Part shown: positions 52,711 to 61,285 of the stretch, piece by piece
Layout: each line of letters opens with the position of its first letter
Position numbering within the stretch: the stretch's first letter is position 1
From: Nitrospira sp.
GTDB lineage: Bacteria > Nitrospirota > Nitrospiria > Nitrospirales > Nitrospiraceae
Reading direction: 5' to 3'
NCBI GenBank assembly: GCA_047150005.1
Contig: AP038806.1
Coordinates: forward strand, 3,360,001 to 3,424,000
Length of the DNA stretch: 64,000 nt
Notes under the pieces: model-generated
Databases searched by the model: none
Seen by the model: only the letters and a program-made list of their open reading frames with translations
What the model was told of the DNA's origin: nothing
Program-made: the position numbers and the translations under genes

Positions 52711-55095
52711 CTATCGTGCAGTCGATCTCGGATTCGTTTCGTGCCCCTGCCCCTCCGTGTCGGCGATGCCGCCCACCGTGCCCAGCACATGGATCGGTCT
52801 CTGGTCGCGATCCCGGATGATCCGGCCGGTCCAGACGATGCGCTGGGTGCCGCCCTGCTGCTTCTTGATGCGATGTTCCAGCACGAGGTTGTCGCCCTGG
52901 TGGTCCTTGACTCCGGACAGCGCGGTGGAGAACGTCTCTCGGTCGTCCGGAAAGACCAGCGCCAGCCAGTCGAGCGTCGTGAGCATTCTGGCTTCGGTTG
53001 CGCCGCTGAAAAAACGATTGATGTGCGGAGACCAGCAGATCCGCCCGGTCACCAGATCCCAGTTCCAGACACCGATATCGATGGCCTGCAGGGCAAGCCG
53101 CAGCAGGACATCCTGGCCTTTCAGGGCCTCTTCCATCCGCTTGCGGTCGGTAATGTCGGTCGAGATCCCGCACATGGCGTAGGGAATGCCCGCCTGGTCA
53201 TGAAGCGGCAGCTTGATGGAAATGTAGGTACGGAGGCCGTCGGTGTGGGGGGCGATTTCTTCATACTCGATCGTGGTGTTCCGCTGAATGACCTCCAAGT
53301 CGTTCGCGCGGAACGCGTCGGCGATATTGCGGGGGAAGAGATCATGGTCCGTGTGGCCCAGGATGTGGTTTGCGGGCACATCGAAGATCTGTTCGAACCG
53401 TCGGTTGATCAAGAGGTAACGGCCGGCCGGATCCTTGACATAGATCACCGCAGTGGTGTTATCGGCCACGCTTCGCAGCAATTGTTCATGGCGGCGGATG
53501 GTCTCTTCTGTTCGCCGGCGATCCATGATGGATTGGAGAGACCCCGCCATGCGCACGATGGTTCCACTCTCGTCCCACAGGGCCTGGCCTCTGGCGCGAA
53601 ACCAATGGTAGCCTTCATGTTTCGTCATCAGCCGGTATTCGATGTCGTACGGCACGCGTTGGTCGATGTGCGCTGCGAGGGCGGCAAAGACGCGAGTGCG
53701 GTCCTCCGGATGAAGCTTGGTCGCCCAGCTGTCCAGGACATCGGGAAATTCCTGATCGGTGTAGCCTAACATCTCCTTGAAGCGAGCCGAGTACCAGACG
53801 AGGGTCTGAGAAGAGCTCCAATGTTGTCCCGGGACCGTTTGCGCGTCCCAGAACCCATCGCTGGAGCCACGAATCACCAGTTCGAGCCGCTCTTCGCTCT
53901 CTCGAAGCGCGCGCTGTGCGGCCATCCGCTCCGTGACATCCTGGAAGACGATGACGGATCCGACCACGTCATCCCCCTCCTTGATGGGCGTGCTCACATA
54001 TTCGACAGGAAGTGCGTTGCCGTCCTTTTTCCAGAAGACTTCATCGACGACGCGGCGGATGATCCCATCCCTCATTGCCGCATGGACGGGGCACTGCTCC
54101 ACCGGGTACGGAGTGCCGTCCCGTTTTGTGTGATGCATAATGCGATGCATGGGCCGCCCGACTAATTCCTCGGCGCCATAGCCCAGCATGGCGGCGGCAC
54201 TGCGATTGACGAAGGTCGTGCGTCCGTCGAGATCGAGGCCGTAGATGCCTTCTCCGGCTTGGGTGAGAATCAGCGTCTGCCGGCGTCGCAGCTGATCGAG
54301 CGTCTGCTCGGTGCGTTTGCGGCCTGAGATGTCGCGGATAATGCCGCTGTAGTAGTTGCCGCTCTCCGTCTGCCATGTCGCCAGGGACAGTTCGATGGGA
54401 AACTCGGTGCCGTCCTTCCTGAGTCCGTCCAACTCGATGATGGAGCCGATAACCCGGCTTTGTCCCGTGGCCTCCATGCGGGCCAGGCCCTGTTGGTGAG
54501 CCCGCCGGTAACGGGACGGCATCAGCATGGTCAACGGCTGCCCGACCGCCTCCTCCTGCGCGTGCCCGAACATGGTGGAGGCGGCCCGGTTCCAGGACAC
54601 GATCGTCCCTCGTCCGTCGGCCAACACGATGGCGTCGGAGGCGGACTCCACCAGCGAACGAAACCGGTCCTCGCTTTCGATGAGGAGGTGTTCCGTCCGA
54701 TGCACCTTCACCACGAGTTCCTTGACCCCGATCGCGCGGCGCAGCGTCTGGCGGAGTTCCTCACGGTTGTACGGTTTGGTGATGTAGGTGAACGCCCCCT
54801 CGACCAGCGAACCGACGGTGCGTTCCTGGGCGATGTGGGCCGTGAGGATGATGACCGGCACGGACGCGTCCAGACGCTGCATCTCCTTGAGCACGTCGGT
54901 CCCGTCTCCGTCCGGCAGCCCGAGGTCCAGAAGAACGGCGTTGAAGCGCTGTCCACGGATTCTGGCGAGGGCCACCGCGCAACAATCGGCTACGGTGACG
55001 TGATAGCCGTCGTGCTGAAGCAAGTCCTGTAGACCGATCACAATATCAGGGTTGTCTTCGACGACGAGGATCCGATGAGGGCTCGCGTGTTCCAT
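52711..55095 (-). CDS. Receiver domain plus five PAS domains, no recognisable output domain
   Basis: VVEDN/LLDLGLP/KP receiver. PAS units begin RFRSLVES, LILTQAGEG, RLELVIRGS, LLRSVADN and LRLALQA. Confidence 0.85.
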   Translation of the reverse strand: MEHASPHRILVVEDNPDIVIGLQDLLQHDGYHVTVADCCAVALARIRGQRFNAVLLDLGLPDGDGTDVLKEMQRLDASVPVIILTAHIAQERTVGSLVEGAFTYITKPYNREELRQTLRRAIGVKELVVKVHRTEHLLIESEDRFRSLVESASDAIVLADGRGTIVSWNRAASTMFGHAQEEAVGQPLTMLMPSRYRRAHQQGLARMEATGQSRVIGSIIELDGLRKDGTEFPIELSLATWQTESGNYYSGIIRDISGRKRTEQTLDQLRRRQTLILTQAGEGIYGLDLDGRTTFVNRSAAAMLGYGAEELVGRPMHRIMHHTKRDGTPYPVEQCPVHAAMRDGIIRRVVDEVFWKKDGNALPVEYVSTPIKEGDDVVGSVIVFQDVTERMAAQRALRESEERLELVIRGSSDGFWDAQTVPGQHWSSSQTLVWYSARFKEMLGYTDQEFPDVLDSWATKLHPEDRTRVFAALAAHIDQRVPYDIEYRLMTKHEGYHWFRARGQALWDESGTIVRMAGSLQSIMDRRRTEETIRRHEQLLRSVADNTTAVIYVKDPAGRYLLINRRFEQIFDVPANHILGHTDHDLFPRNIADAFRANDLEVIQRNTTIEYEEIAPHTDGLRTYISIKLPLHDQAGIPYAMCGISTDITDRKRMEEALKGQDVLLRLALQAIDIGVWNWDLVTGRICWSPHINRFFSGATEARMLTTLDWLALVFPDDRETFSTALSGVKDHQGDNLVLEHRIKKQQGGTQRIVWTGRIIRDRDQRPIHVLGTVGGIADTEGQGHETNPRSTAR

Positions 55096-55286
55096 CTCAT
55101 TCTCACCGCACCGGATCGTGCGGGCCGCATGGCCGAACGAGGCACATTGATCGATCCTCTGTGGTGGAATCCGGTGTGCCGCAGAAGAGAAAAGCAATTC
55201 TTGTGCTTGCGCGCAATCGTCGGACGTGAACGAGGGTGGAAGCAAGATGTGCGGCGCGGTAGGGCGCAGCTGGGCGCCCGGCTCGG

Positions 55287-55640
55287 CTATGGCGCGTCAT
55301 TCACGGTGGAGCCGGAAGGTCGGATGAGGATGCGGGGGCGACCTCGTTTTAGCGGGGCCAGTCGCTGAGGAAATGCGCCGCCGTGGCTTTCTTCCATCTG
55401 CGAGACGGAGTCGTCGAGTGCTTCGGTGATGAGACGAGCCAACGTGCCGTGGCCGGTCCAATACACCGCATTGCGTAGCCGTTCGAGCAGATCGACGGAC
55501 AGGGTGATCGTGACACGTTGCTTGCGCAACTTGCCGCCGGTGGAATGCACCGCACCCCCGTTCACTCGCAACGGCCCCCCATCGTCGGAGAGTCTCGGCG
55601 TCGTCGGAGCATGCATGTGCGGGTGAGGCCGGCCGTTCAT
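55287..55640 (-). CDS. Small RHH/CopG-like DNA-binding protein with AT-hook-like tail
   Basis: QRVTITLSVDLLERLRNAVYW...LARLITEAL and KRGRPR; ATGA overlap with the upstream ORF. Confidence 0.65.
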   Translation of the reverse strand: MNGRPHPHMHAPTTPRLSDDGGPLRVNGGAVHSTGGKLRKQRVTITLSVDLLERLRNAVYWTGHGTLARLITEALDDSVSQMEESHGGAFPQRLAPLKRGRPRILIRPSGSTVNDAP

Positions 55641-55816
55641 GCGGCGACGTTCCGGTGCGTCGAGCCGGTCTTGTCGATGTCGTCCCGGTCGGACACCGTC
55701 TCCTGGGCCGACGTCGCACGATCGGTCTGTTCGCCCCACAGCACGGCCACGGCCATGGCCCAGATCAGCCCAACGAGTCCCGTCAGCAATACTCCAACGA
55801 CAAGGTCCTGTGTCAT
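55637..55816 (-). CDS. 59-aa single-TM protein
   Basis: RBS AAGGAG; MTQDLVVGVLLTGLVGLIWAMAVAVLW...; first ORF after the sigma54 promoter. Confidence 0.65.
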   Translation of the reverse strand: MTQDLVVGVLLTGLVGLIWAMAVAVLWGEQTDRATSAQETVSDRDDIDKTGSTHRNVAA

Positions 55817-55882
55817 GGCCTGGCTCCTTTCTTCAACGGCTCGGAGGGCCGGTGGCCTGACAGAGTGGCTGTAGAGATGGCC

Positions 55883-55898
55883 AGCAATCCCTGTGCCA
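55883..55898 (-). promoter_or_regulatory. Sigma54 (-24/-12) promoter
   Basis: Minus strand TGGCAC-AGGGA-TTGCT, an exact consensus match. Confidence 0.85.
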
Positions 55899-55993
55899 TC
55901 GGAAACTGGTGCCTGTAGCTGGTCGAATACGAAAGAATCCTCAGGTTTCTTTGGCGACATGTCTATGGAGGCGACGATTATTCCGCTTCCCTT

Positions 55994-56044
55994 GTGAATC
56001 GAAAAGGATTCTCAGCTGAATCCAAATAGATCAGCAAGTGAATC
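55994..56044. promoter_or_regulatory. Candidate upstream activator sequences
   Basis: TGAATC at 55995, 56017 and 56039 (22-bp period). The first forms GAATC-N6-GATTC; about 100-145 bp upstream of the sigma54 site. Confidence 0.6.
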
Positions 56045-56062
56045 ACGCGATCCGTAAGATTT

Positions 56063-56084
56063 GTCATTCCCGTGGAAGCGGGAA
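56063..56084. repeat. REP element, left part, split by the IS
   Basis: gtcattcccgtggaagcgggaa continues as tccag after the IS. Confidence 0.75.
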
Positions 56085-57074
56085 GGTGGAGTCACATTTG
56101 AAGTGCAACAGATCACGAGTAAACACCTCGGCCGGTGTCTCATAGTCGAGACACTTGCGCGGGGTGTGATTATACGCCCGCACCAGCGCCAGCAAGCGGC
56201 GGGTGGAGAGCGTGGCCAAGTCAGTTTTCCGGGGGAGGGCACGGCGCATCCGGCCGATACCGTTTTCGATACCCCCTTTTTGCCACGGGGCATGCGGGTC
56301 ACAAAAGTAGGTGCGCATGCCGAGCGGGTGCAGCTGATCGTGATACGCGAACTCCGTGCCGTTATCGAACGTGATGGTCCGGCGCAGGGCCGGAGGCAGG
56401 GCGGCAAACAGCGCCGTGAGTCGGGCGGCCACCGGCTGGGCCCCCTTCGTGGGTTGCCGGCTGGCCACCAACACGCGCGAGCGGCGTTCCTGCGTCACCA
56501 GGACCGCCTGGCCATATTTCACAAACAGCATCAGATCGGCCTCCCAATGGCCAGGGTCCTGCCGCTGCTGGATCGCCGCCGGTCGCTCGCTAATGGGGAC
56601 GCGGCTGCGGATGTGGTCCACGGCACTGCCGCCTTTGCGCCCCCGCCACCCGCGTTTGCTTTTGCCCCGCGGCAAATAATGCCGCCAGCGATAGTCTTTC
56701 GTCCGGCGGATCTGGCTGGCGATGAAGCGGTAGATCGACTCGGAGCTGATGCGCAGCGCGCAGCCGTCGCGCTTGAGCCGGCCGGCGACTTGAGCGGGCG
56801 ACCAGCCCTGCCCCAACCAGCGCAGGACGTGGGCCTGCAGCGCCGGTTGCCGGAGCAGACGACTCCCGCGCCAGCGGCGGCTGCGGGTCTGCTCCTGGGC
56901 ATAGGCAGGCGCATAGCCCACCTGGGCGCCGCGATTGCGCCTCAGTTCCCGCAGAATGGTCGATGGCGCGCGATCCAGAGCTGCTGCAATTTGGCGGATG
57001 GTTTGCCCGGCTTCGCGAGCCCGGGCAATCGTACACCGGTCTTCCAAGGAGAGCTGCGCATAGTGTCGTCCCAT
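56064..57074 (-). CDS. IS30-family DDE transposase
   Basis: IAAALDRAPSTILRELRRN, GWSPAQVAG, GHWEAD, ITFDNGTEF and PWQKGGIEN. Confidence 0.95.
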   Translation of the reverse strand: MGRHYAQLSLEDRCTIARAREAGQTIRQIAAALDRAPSTILRELRRNRGAQVGYAPAYAQEQTRSRRWRGSRLLRQPALQAHVLRWLGQGWSPAQVAGRLKRDGCALRISSESIYRFIASQIRRTKDYRWRHYLPRGKSKRGWRGRKGGSAVDHIRSRVPISERPAAIQQRQDPGHWEADLMLFVKYGQAVLVTQERRSRVLVASRQPTKGAQPVAARLTALFAALPPALRRTITFDNGTEFAYHDQLHPLGMRTYFCDPHAPWQKGGIENGIGRMRRALPRKTDLATLSTRRLLALVRAYNHTPRKCLDYETPAEVFTRDLLHFKCDSTFPLPRE

Positions 57075-57121
57075 TGCAACACCTTACCCCACAGGTGTTG
57101 CACTTCGTTTGTGAATCTAGG
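56085..57121 (-). mobile_element. IS30-family insertion sequence (1037 bp)
   Basis: Imperfect 26-bp IRs GGTGGAGTCACATTTGAAGTGCAACA and CCTAGATTCACAAACGAAGTGCAACA; GAA direct repeat at 56082-84 and 57122-24. Confidence 0.9.
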
Positions 57122-57200
57122 GAATCCAGTCAAGGCCTTCTCTTCAGCATGGAGTCTTGATCGAGGAGTGGATGCCCGCCTTCGCGGGCATGACGCAAGA
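57122..57200. repeat. REP-doublet (REPIN-like) element remainder
   Basis: Ends tggatgcccgccttcgcgggcatgac. About 6 mismatches in 79 nt against the reverse complement of 63808-63886. Confidence 0.85.
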
Positions 57201-57277
57201 GGAAACCGATGGCGGTGAATCAGCCGAGGTCAGAACAGGAGGTCGACCAAGAACGATCTGATGTGCGACCAGAGCGG

Positions 57278-58072
57278 CTATCGTTGTTGAGCTTGGACCG
57301 ATCGCAGATCCCATTCAGCCACGCCGTTGAGGCCGACCTGCTTCAGAAGCCCGGCGCGCAGCCTTCTCAGCGAGGCGTCGGTGGGGCTGGCGTCGATCAA
57401 CGTGCAGAGGCAACCCATCGCATCGTACCAGAAGCCGGCACGCGCATTCTCTGTGACCGTTTGAACCGAGCAGGTGATCTTCGCGTCCAACGCGATGAGG
57501 CAGTCGCTCATTTCACAACGCTCAATGACGCCGCCGCCGACGATGTCCTTGGATGGAGAGGAAGGATCGCGCACGACCGAGACGTACCAGCGGTATTGGA
57601 TATTCGGATCGAGGGAGAGACCTAGATCCTTGATCGCAATGGAAAAGATCCCCGGCTGTTTCGGAGTGGCGATAGGTGCTTCGTAGATTGGCCTCACCGA
57701 TTGATTGTCGATCAATGTGAAGCGCACTTCGTGCGGCGTCGGCTTGGACAGATACCAGTTGAGGACCGGGACCTGACTCGACGTGAACCCCACATGATCG
57801 GGCACGAGCGCCTGGACTTCCGGATCCGCTCCCTCCGTGCCGCGTAGTTCTCCGCCCACGCGCGCGCGGGGTGTGAACTTCTTCGGCGGCTGATAGAGGG
57901 GAATCTCGTCACGCGACGCTTGTGTGCCCGTGACGGCCGGCTGCTCGGAGAAGGCGGGCTGAGCGGCTGCGCCGTTCAGCCCGATCATGAGGAGCATGAG
58001 GGAGAGGATCGCACCGGATGAGCTGGAACTGGTCGAGCTGTTTGGAGGCCGAGTGTGATGTGTGACGTTCAT
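57278..58072 (-). CDS. DUF928-domain secreted protein, copy 2
   Basis: PRARVGGELRG, PVLNWY, YRWYVSV, AGFWYDA and LLKQVGL. Confidence 0.85.
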   Translation of the reverse strand: MNVTHHTRPPNSSTSSSSSGAILSLMLLMIGLNGAAAQPAFSEQPAVTGTQASRDEIPLYQPPKKFTPRARVGGELRGTEGADPEVQALVPDHVGFTSSQVPVLNWYLSKPTPHEVRFTLIDNQSVRPIYEAPIATPKQPGIFSIAIKDLGLSLDPNIQYRWYVSVVRDPSSPSKDIVGGGVIERCEMSDCLIALDAKITCSVQTVTENARAGFWYDAMGCLCTLIDASPTDASLRRLRAGLLKQVGLNGVAEWDLRSVQAQQR

Positions 58073-58129
58073 GGTGGCAGCCCTCACGTTAGGTGTGCGG
58101 CTCAAGGATCACGAGAGCAATTCCGTCTG

Positions 58130-58912
58130 CTAGCGGCTCATCGGTGAAATCGCCTGCAGGTCCCAGGCGGCCACACCGTGGAGGCCGACCTGTGTCAACA
58201 ATGACGCGCGAAGCCGTCTGAGCGGGGCGTCGGTCGGATCCGCGTCGATCAAGACACAGAGACAGCCCATGGCGTCGTACCACAGTCCCGCCCGCGCGTT
58301 CTCCGTGACGGACTGCACGGAGCAGGTCATGCGAGCATCCATGACGATCAAGCAGTCGCTGAGCTCGCAGCGTTCGATGATGCCGCCGGTCACGATGTCC
58401 GGCGAGGGAGCCTGCCGGACGATCGACACGTACCAGCGATACTGTACGCCCGGCTTCAGAACCAGATCCAGGTCCTTTGTGCGGATGGAGAAGATGCCCG
58501 CTTCCTTGGGAGCCGGGATCGGCGCTTCGAAGATAGGCCTCACCGATTTGTCGTCGACCAGTGTGAACCGCACTTCGTGCGGGGTCGGCTTGGACAGATA
58601 CCAGTTGAGCACCGGCGTCTCCTGAGAGGTAAATCCGACATGATCCGGCACGAGGGGCTGAACGACCAGCTCCGCGCTGTCGACCCCCCGATCCGTTCCG
58701 CCGAGGCGGGCTCGCGGCATGAATTTCTTCGGAGGCACATAGAGGATGCGCGGCTCGTTTGACGAGCCGGAATCGGCCGATGCCGCCCAGATCGCCGGAA
58801 CGGCCTGGCATATCAAGGCGACGAACAGCAGGGCGCTCAGCCCTTGTCGACTCGAGCCGAACGGACCGATGCCGGTGAGTGGGGGCGCGGAATGGTGACA
58901 CGCAGACGCCAT
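58130..58912 (-). CDS. DUF928-domain secreted protein, copy 1
   Basis: PRARLGGTDRG, PVLNWY, YRWYVSI, AGLWYDA and LLTQVGL. Confidence 0.85.
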   Translation of the reverse strand: MASACHHSAPPLTGIGPFGSSRQGLSALLFVALICQAVPAIWAASADSGSSNEPRILYVPPKKFMPRARLGGTDRGVDSAELVVQPLVPDHVGFTSQETPVLNWYLSKPTPHEVRFTLVDDKSVRPIFEAPIPAPKEAGIFSIRTKDLDLVLKPGVQYRWYVSIVRQAPSPDIVTGGIIERCELSDCLIVMDARMTCSVQSVTENARAGLWYDAMGCLCVLIDADPTDAPLRRLRASLLTQVGLHGVAAWDLQAISPMSR

Positions 58913-58921
58913 GAATGTGTC

Positions 58922-61252
58922 CTATAACCAGTTGTTCAGGAGGAGAAAGGGCGACCAGTATGCCGGATGTTCATAGACCCGATCAGCCAGAAGCTTGATC
59001 TGTGCCCGCTGCATGGCGACGGCCTTGGAGACCGACGGATTGCGGAGTTGACGGTAAAATTCTGAAATCAACGCCGAGGAGGCTTCGTCGTTGATGAACC
59101 ACAGGGTCGCCAGCGCGCTCCGGGCGCCGGCCTTGATCGCGACGCCGGCCAATCCCAACGCTGCGCGATCGTCGCCCACGCCGGTCTGGCAGGCGCTCAA
59201 CGCGAGCAGCTCAAGCGGATCTTCCCGAAACCGAAAGAGTCCGATGAGTTGATCCAGTTTGCTCATGGTCAACTTGCCGTCGAAGGTCAGCAAGAACGAA
59301 TCGTTCACGTCGGTCGAAAACTTCCCGTGCGTGGCGATATGCAGGATGCCGTACCGTCCTTCACGCAATTCTTGTTCCAGACGTGGGGCGAGAAAGTCCT
59401 GGTCGAGCAGTTGATCTCCGCCGTAGAGTTTATGGATCGAATCCACCTCTTCCTCCACGTAGGGTAAGGCCGGGAACCCTTGCACGCTCTTGGTCAGCCC
59501 GGTCGCGAGGAAGCGGACTTTCTCGCGGTTCAGCGGTTTCGGATCGGTCAGGGTGATCCCAGGCGTGATGGCGATCGCGAATTTCTGAATCAAAAAGGAT
59601 TCGCCGTCGTGGAGTGCAGCCATGGGGATCGTCCGCAGGGGTCCGTCCGGGACGATGACCAACGTGGTGATGTGTTCTTGCTTCAATTGTGCCTCGACCG
59701 GCCTGATCAGCCAGTCGTACAACTGCTTCGCGTGGGGAAGGTACTCGCGGGTCGTCCGCTTTTCGACACGACGGCGGAAGTCGCGGACCTCCTGCGTGAT
59801 CGTCTCAGCCGCGACCGGTACAGCCGTGCGGTAGAATCCGGACGGCAGCGTGACCAACAACTCGATCCGCTTGCCGAATAGGATCGGATAGATGACCGCC
59901 GTATCGGGCGACAAGCGGTCGAACGTCGTCAGGCGGGACCGGATCGCATCGACGCAGCCGTCCTTGAAGTAGTCTCGCAGCTCGGCTGCCTTGAAGGCTT
60001 CCACGGCATCGCGGGCGGCGAGCAAGTAGCCTTCCGCAATCTTCTGGTCTTCCGTCCGCGACGCGCGCTGCAAAAGGAGATCGGCAAACTCGAAGAACAA
60101 CGGCTTGATCGACTCCTGGTTCGACAGCGAAGCTTCGGCCGCCGCTTGGCTCACTTCGAATCGGATCGGCTGCAAGGTGGTCGCCGCTTGCCGATAGGCA
60201 GCCAGGGCTTCATCGATCTGATCCTTCGAAGCCAGCAGTCGTGCCAGCTGCCACTGCCAGCGGTAGAGGGATTCCGGCGCGTCCACCGATTGCGCGGCGA
60301 AGACGGCCCGCCTGGTCAGCGGTAGCGCATCGTCAGTTCTGGCTTCCAGCTCGTAGAGATGCCCCATGTACCCCAAGGCATAGGAGAGCGTTCGCGTGTC
60401 CTTCAATTGTTCCGACACGGTGATGGCCTCCTGCAGCGCGCCGGCCGACCGGAGGAGCAGCGGCTTGCGGATGTCGGGAAGGGCCGGCAACAGACTCTGG
60501 TAGACCAGGCCGATGTTGATGAAACCGACGGCTTTGTCCCGGGAAATGGGCTGGTCCTTGAGTTGATCCAGCGCATCGTCCAGCCATTGCCTGGCGGCGT
60601 CCGGGTTGCCGAGCCGCAAGGAAATTCTGGCGGCGTTCACCCGGCTGTTCACCGCCAACATCGGAAGGCCGGCTTCACGAGCCACCGTCACGCAATCGGT
60701 GAAGGCTTCCAGCGCCTCCTTGTCCTGGCGTTTGAGCGCGTAGAGCACACCGAGGTCGTTCAAGATAGATGCGGAGACCGCCGGGGTCGGCTGCCGCCGC
60801 GCCACTTCCTCAGCTTGAGCGAGATACTGCGCCGCCGGATCCAGCTGCCGGGCCGTGAGGTACGCCCGTCCGATCTGGTCGAGCACCGTCGCATGCCAGG
60901 CATGGTCGGATCCCTGCTGCGCCAGGGCGAGGGCGAGCTCGAGAGATTGGATCGCCTGCGTGCTTTGTCCCAATGCCTGCGTGGCTTGCGCGGCGGACAC
61001 CAGCGCGTGGCTTTCGCCATCGGCCGATCCGGCATCATGATACCGCGCCGCCGCCGCCCGCCAATTGGTGAGTGCGTCCTCGAAGGCGCCCCGTTGATAG
61101 GCCTGCGCTCCCTGTTGCATGAGGGATTCCGGCGTCCCCTGATTCGCGGCATCCGCAAAGAGGAGTGAAGGAATTAACATCATGCACGCGAGCAACAGGG
61201 ACGCAGGCCACCGAGCCTGATGAAGGCTACCTTGTCTAGTTCGAGCGTTCAC
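58922..61252 (-). CDS. Secreted TPR + CHAT (caspase-like) protease
   Basis: Signal peptide, TPR helices, IVPDGPL, LHIATHG (His), LSACQTG (Cys), LATLW and HPAYWSPF. Confidence 0.92.
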   Translation of the reverse strand: MNARTRQGSLHQARWPASLLLACMMLIPSLLFADAANQGTPESLMQQGAQAYQRGAFEDALTNWRAAAARYHDAGSADGESHALVSAAQATQALGQSTQAIQSLELALALAQQGSDHAWHATVLDQIGRAYLTARQLDPAAQYLAQAEEVARRQPTPAVSASILNDLGVLYALKRQDKEALEAFTDCVTVAREAGLPMLAVNSRVNAARISLRLGNPDAARQWLDDALDQLKDQPISRDKAVGFINIGLVYQSLLPALPDIRKPLLLRSAGALQEAITVSEQLKDTRTLSYALGYMGHLYELEARTDDALPLTRRAVFAAQSVDAPESLYRWQWQLARLLASKDQIDEALAAYRQAATTLQPIRFEVSQAAAEASLSNQESIKPLFFEFADLLLQRASRTEDQKIAEGYLLAARDAVEAFKAAELRDYFKDGCVDAIRSRLTTFDRLSPDTAVIYPILFGKRIELLVTLPSGFYRTAVPVAAETITQEVRDFRRRVEKRTTREYLPHAKQLYDWLIRPVEAQLKQEHITTLVIVPDGPLRTIPMAALHDGESFLIQKFAIAITPGITLTDPKPLNREKVRFLATGLTKSVQGFPALPYVEEEVDSIHKLYGGDQLLDQDFLAPRLEQELREGRYGILHIATHGKFSTDVNDSFLLTFDGKLTMSKLDQLIGLFRFREDPLELLALSACQTGVGDDRAALGLAGVAIKAGARSALATLWFINDEASSALISEFYRQLRNPSVSKAVAMQRAQIKLLADRVYEHPAYWSPFLLLNNWL

Positions 61253-61285
61253 ACCGTTCTCGCAATCAAGTGTCGTGCCATCCGG

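Noticed and set aside
55994..56044. Periodic TGAATC repeats or REP doublets as a CRISPR array
   Set aside because: Repeats are too short and too few, there are no unique spacers of regular length, and no cas genes.
58922..61252. TPR-CHAT as a CRISPR-associated (Craspase-type) or anti-phage caspase
   Set aside because: It has a signal peptide and a TpsB/DUF928 context, with no Cas, gasdermin or other defence genes nearby.
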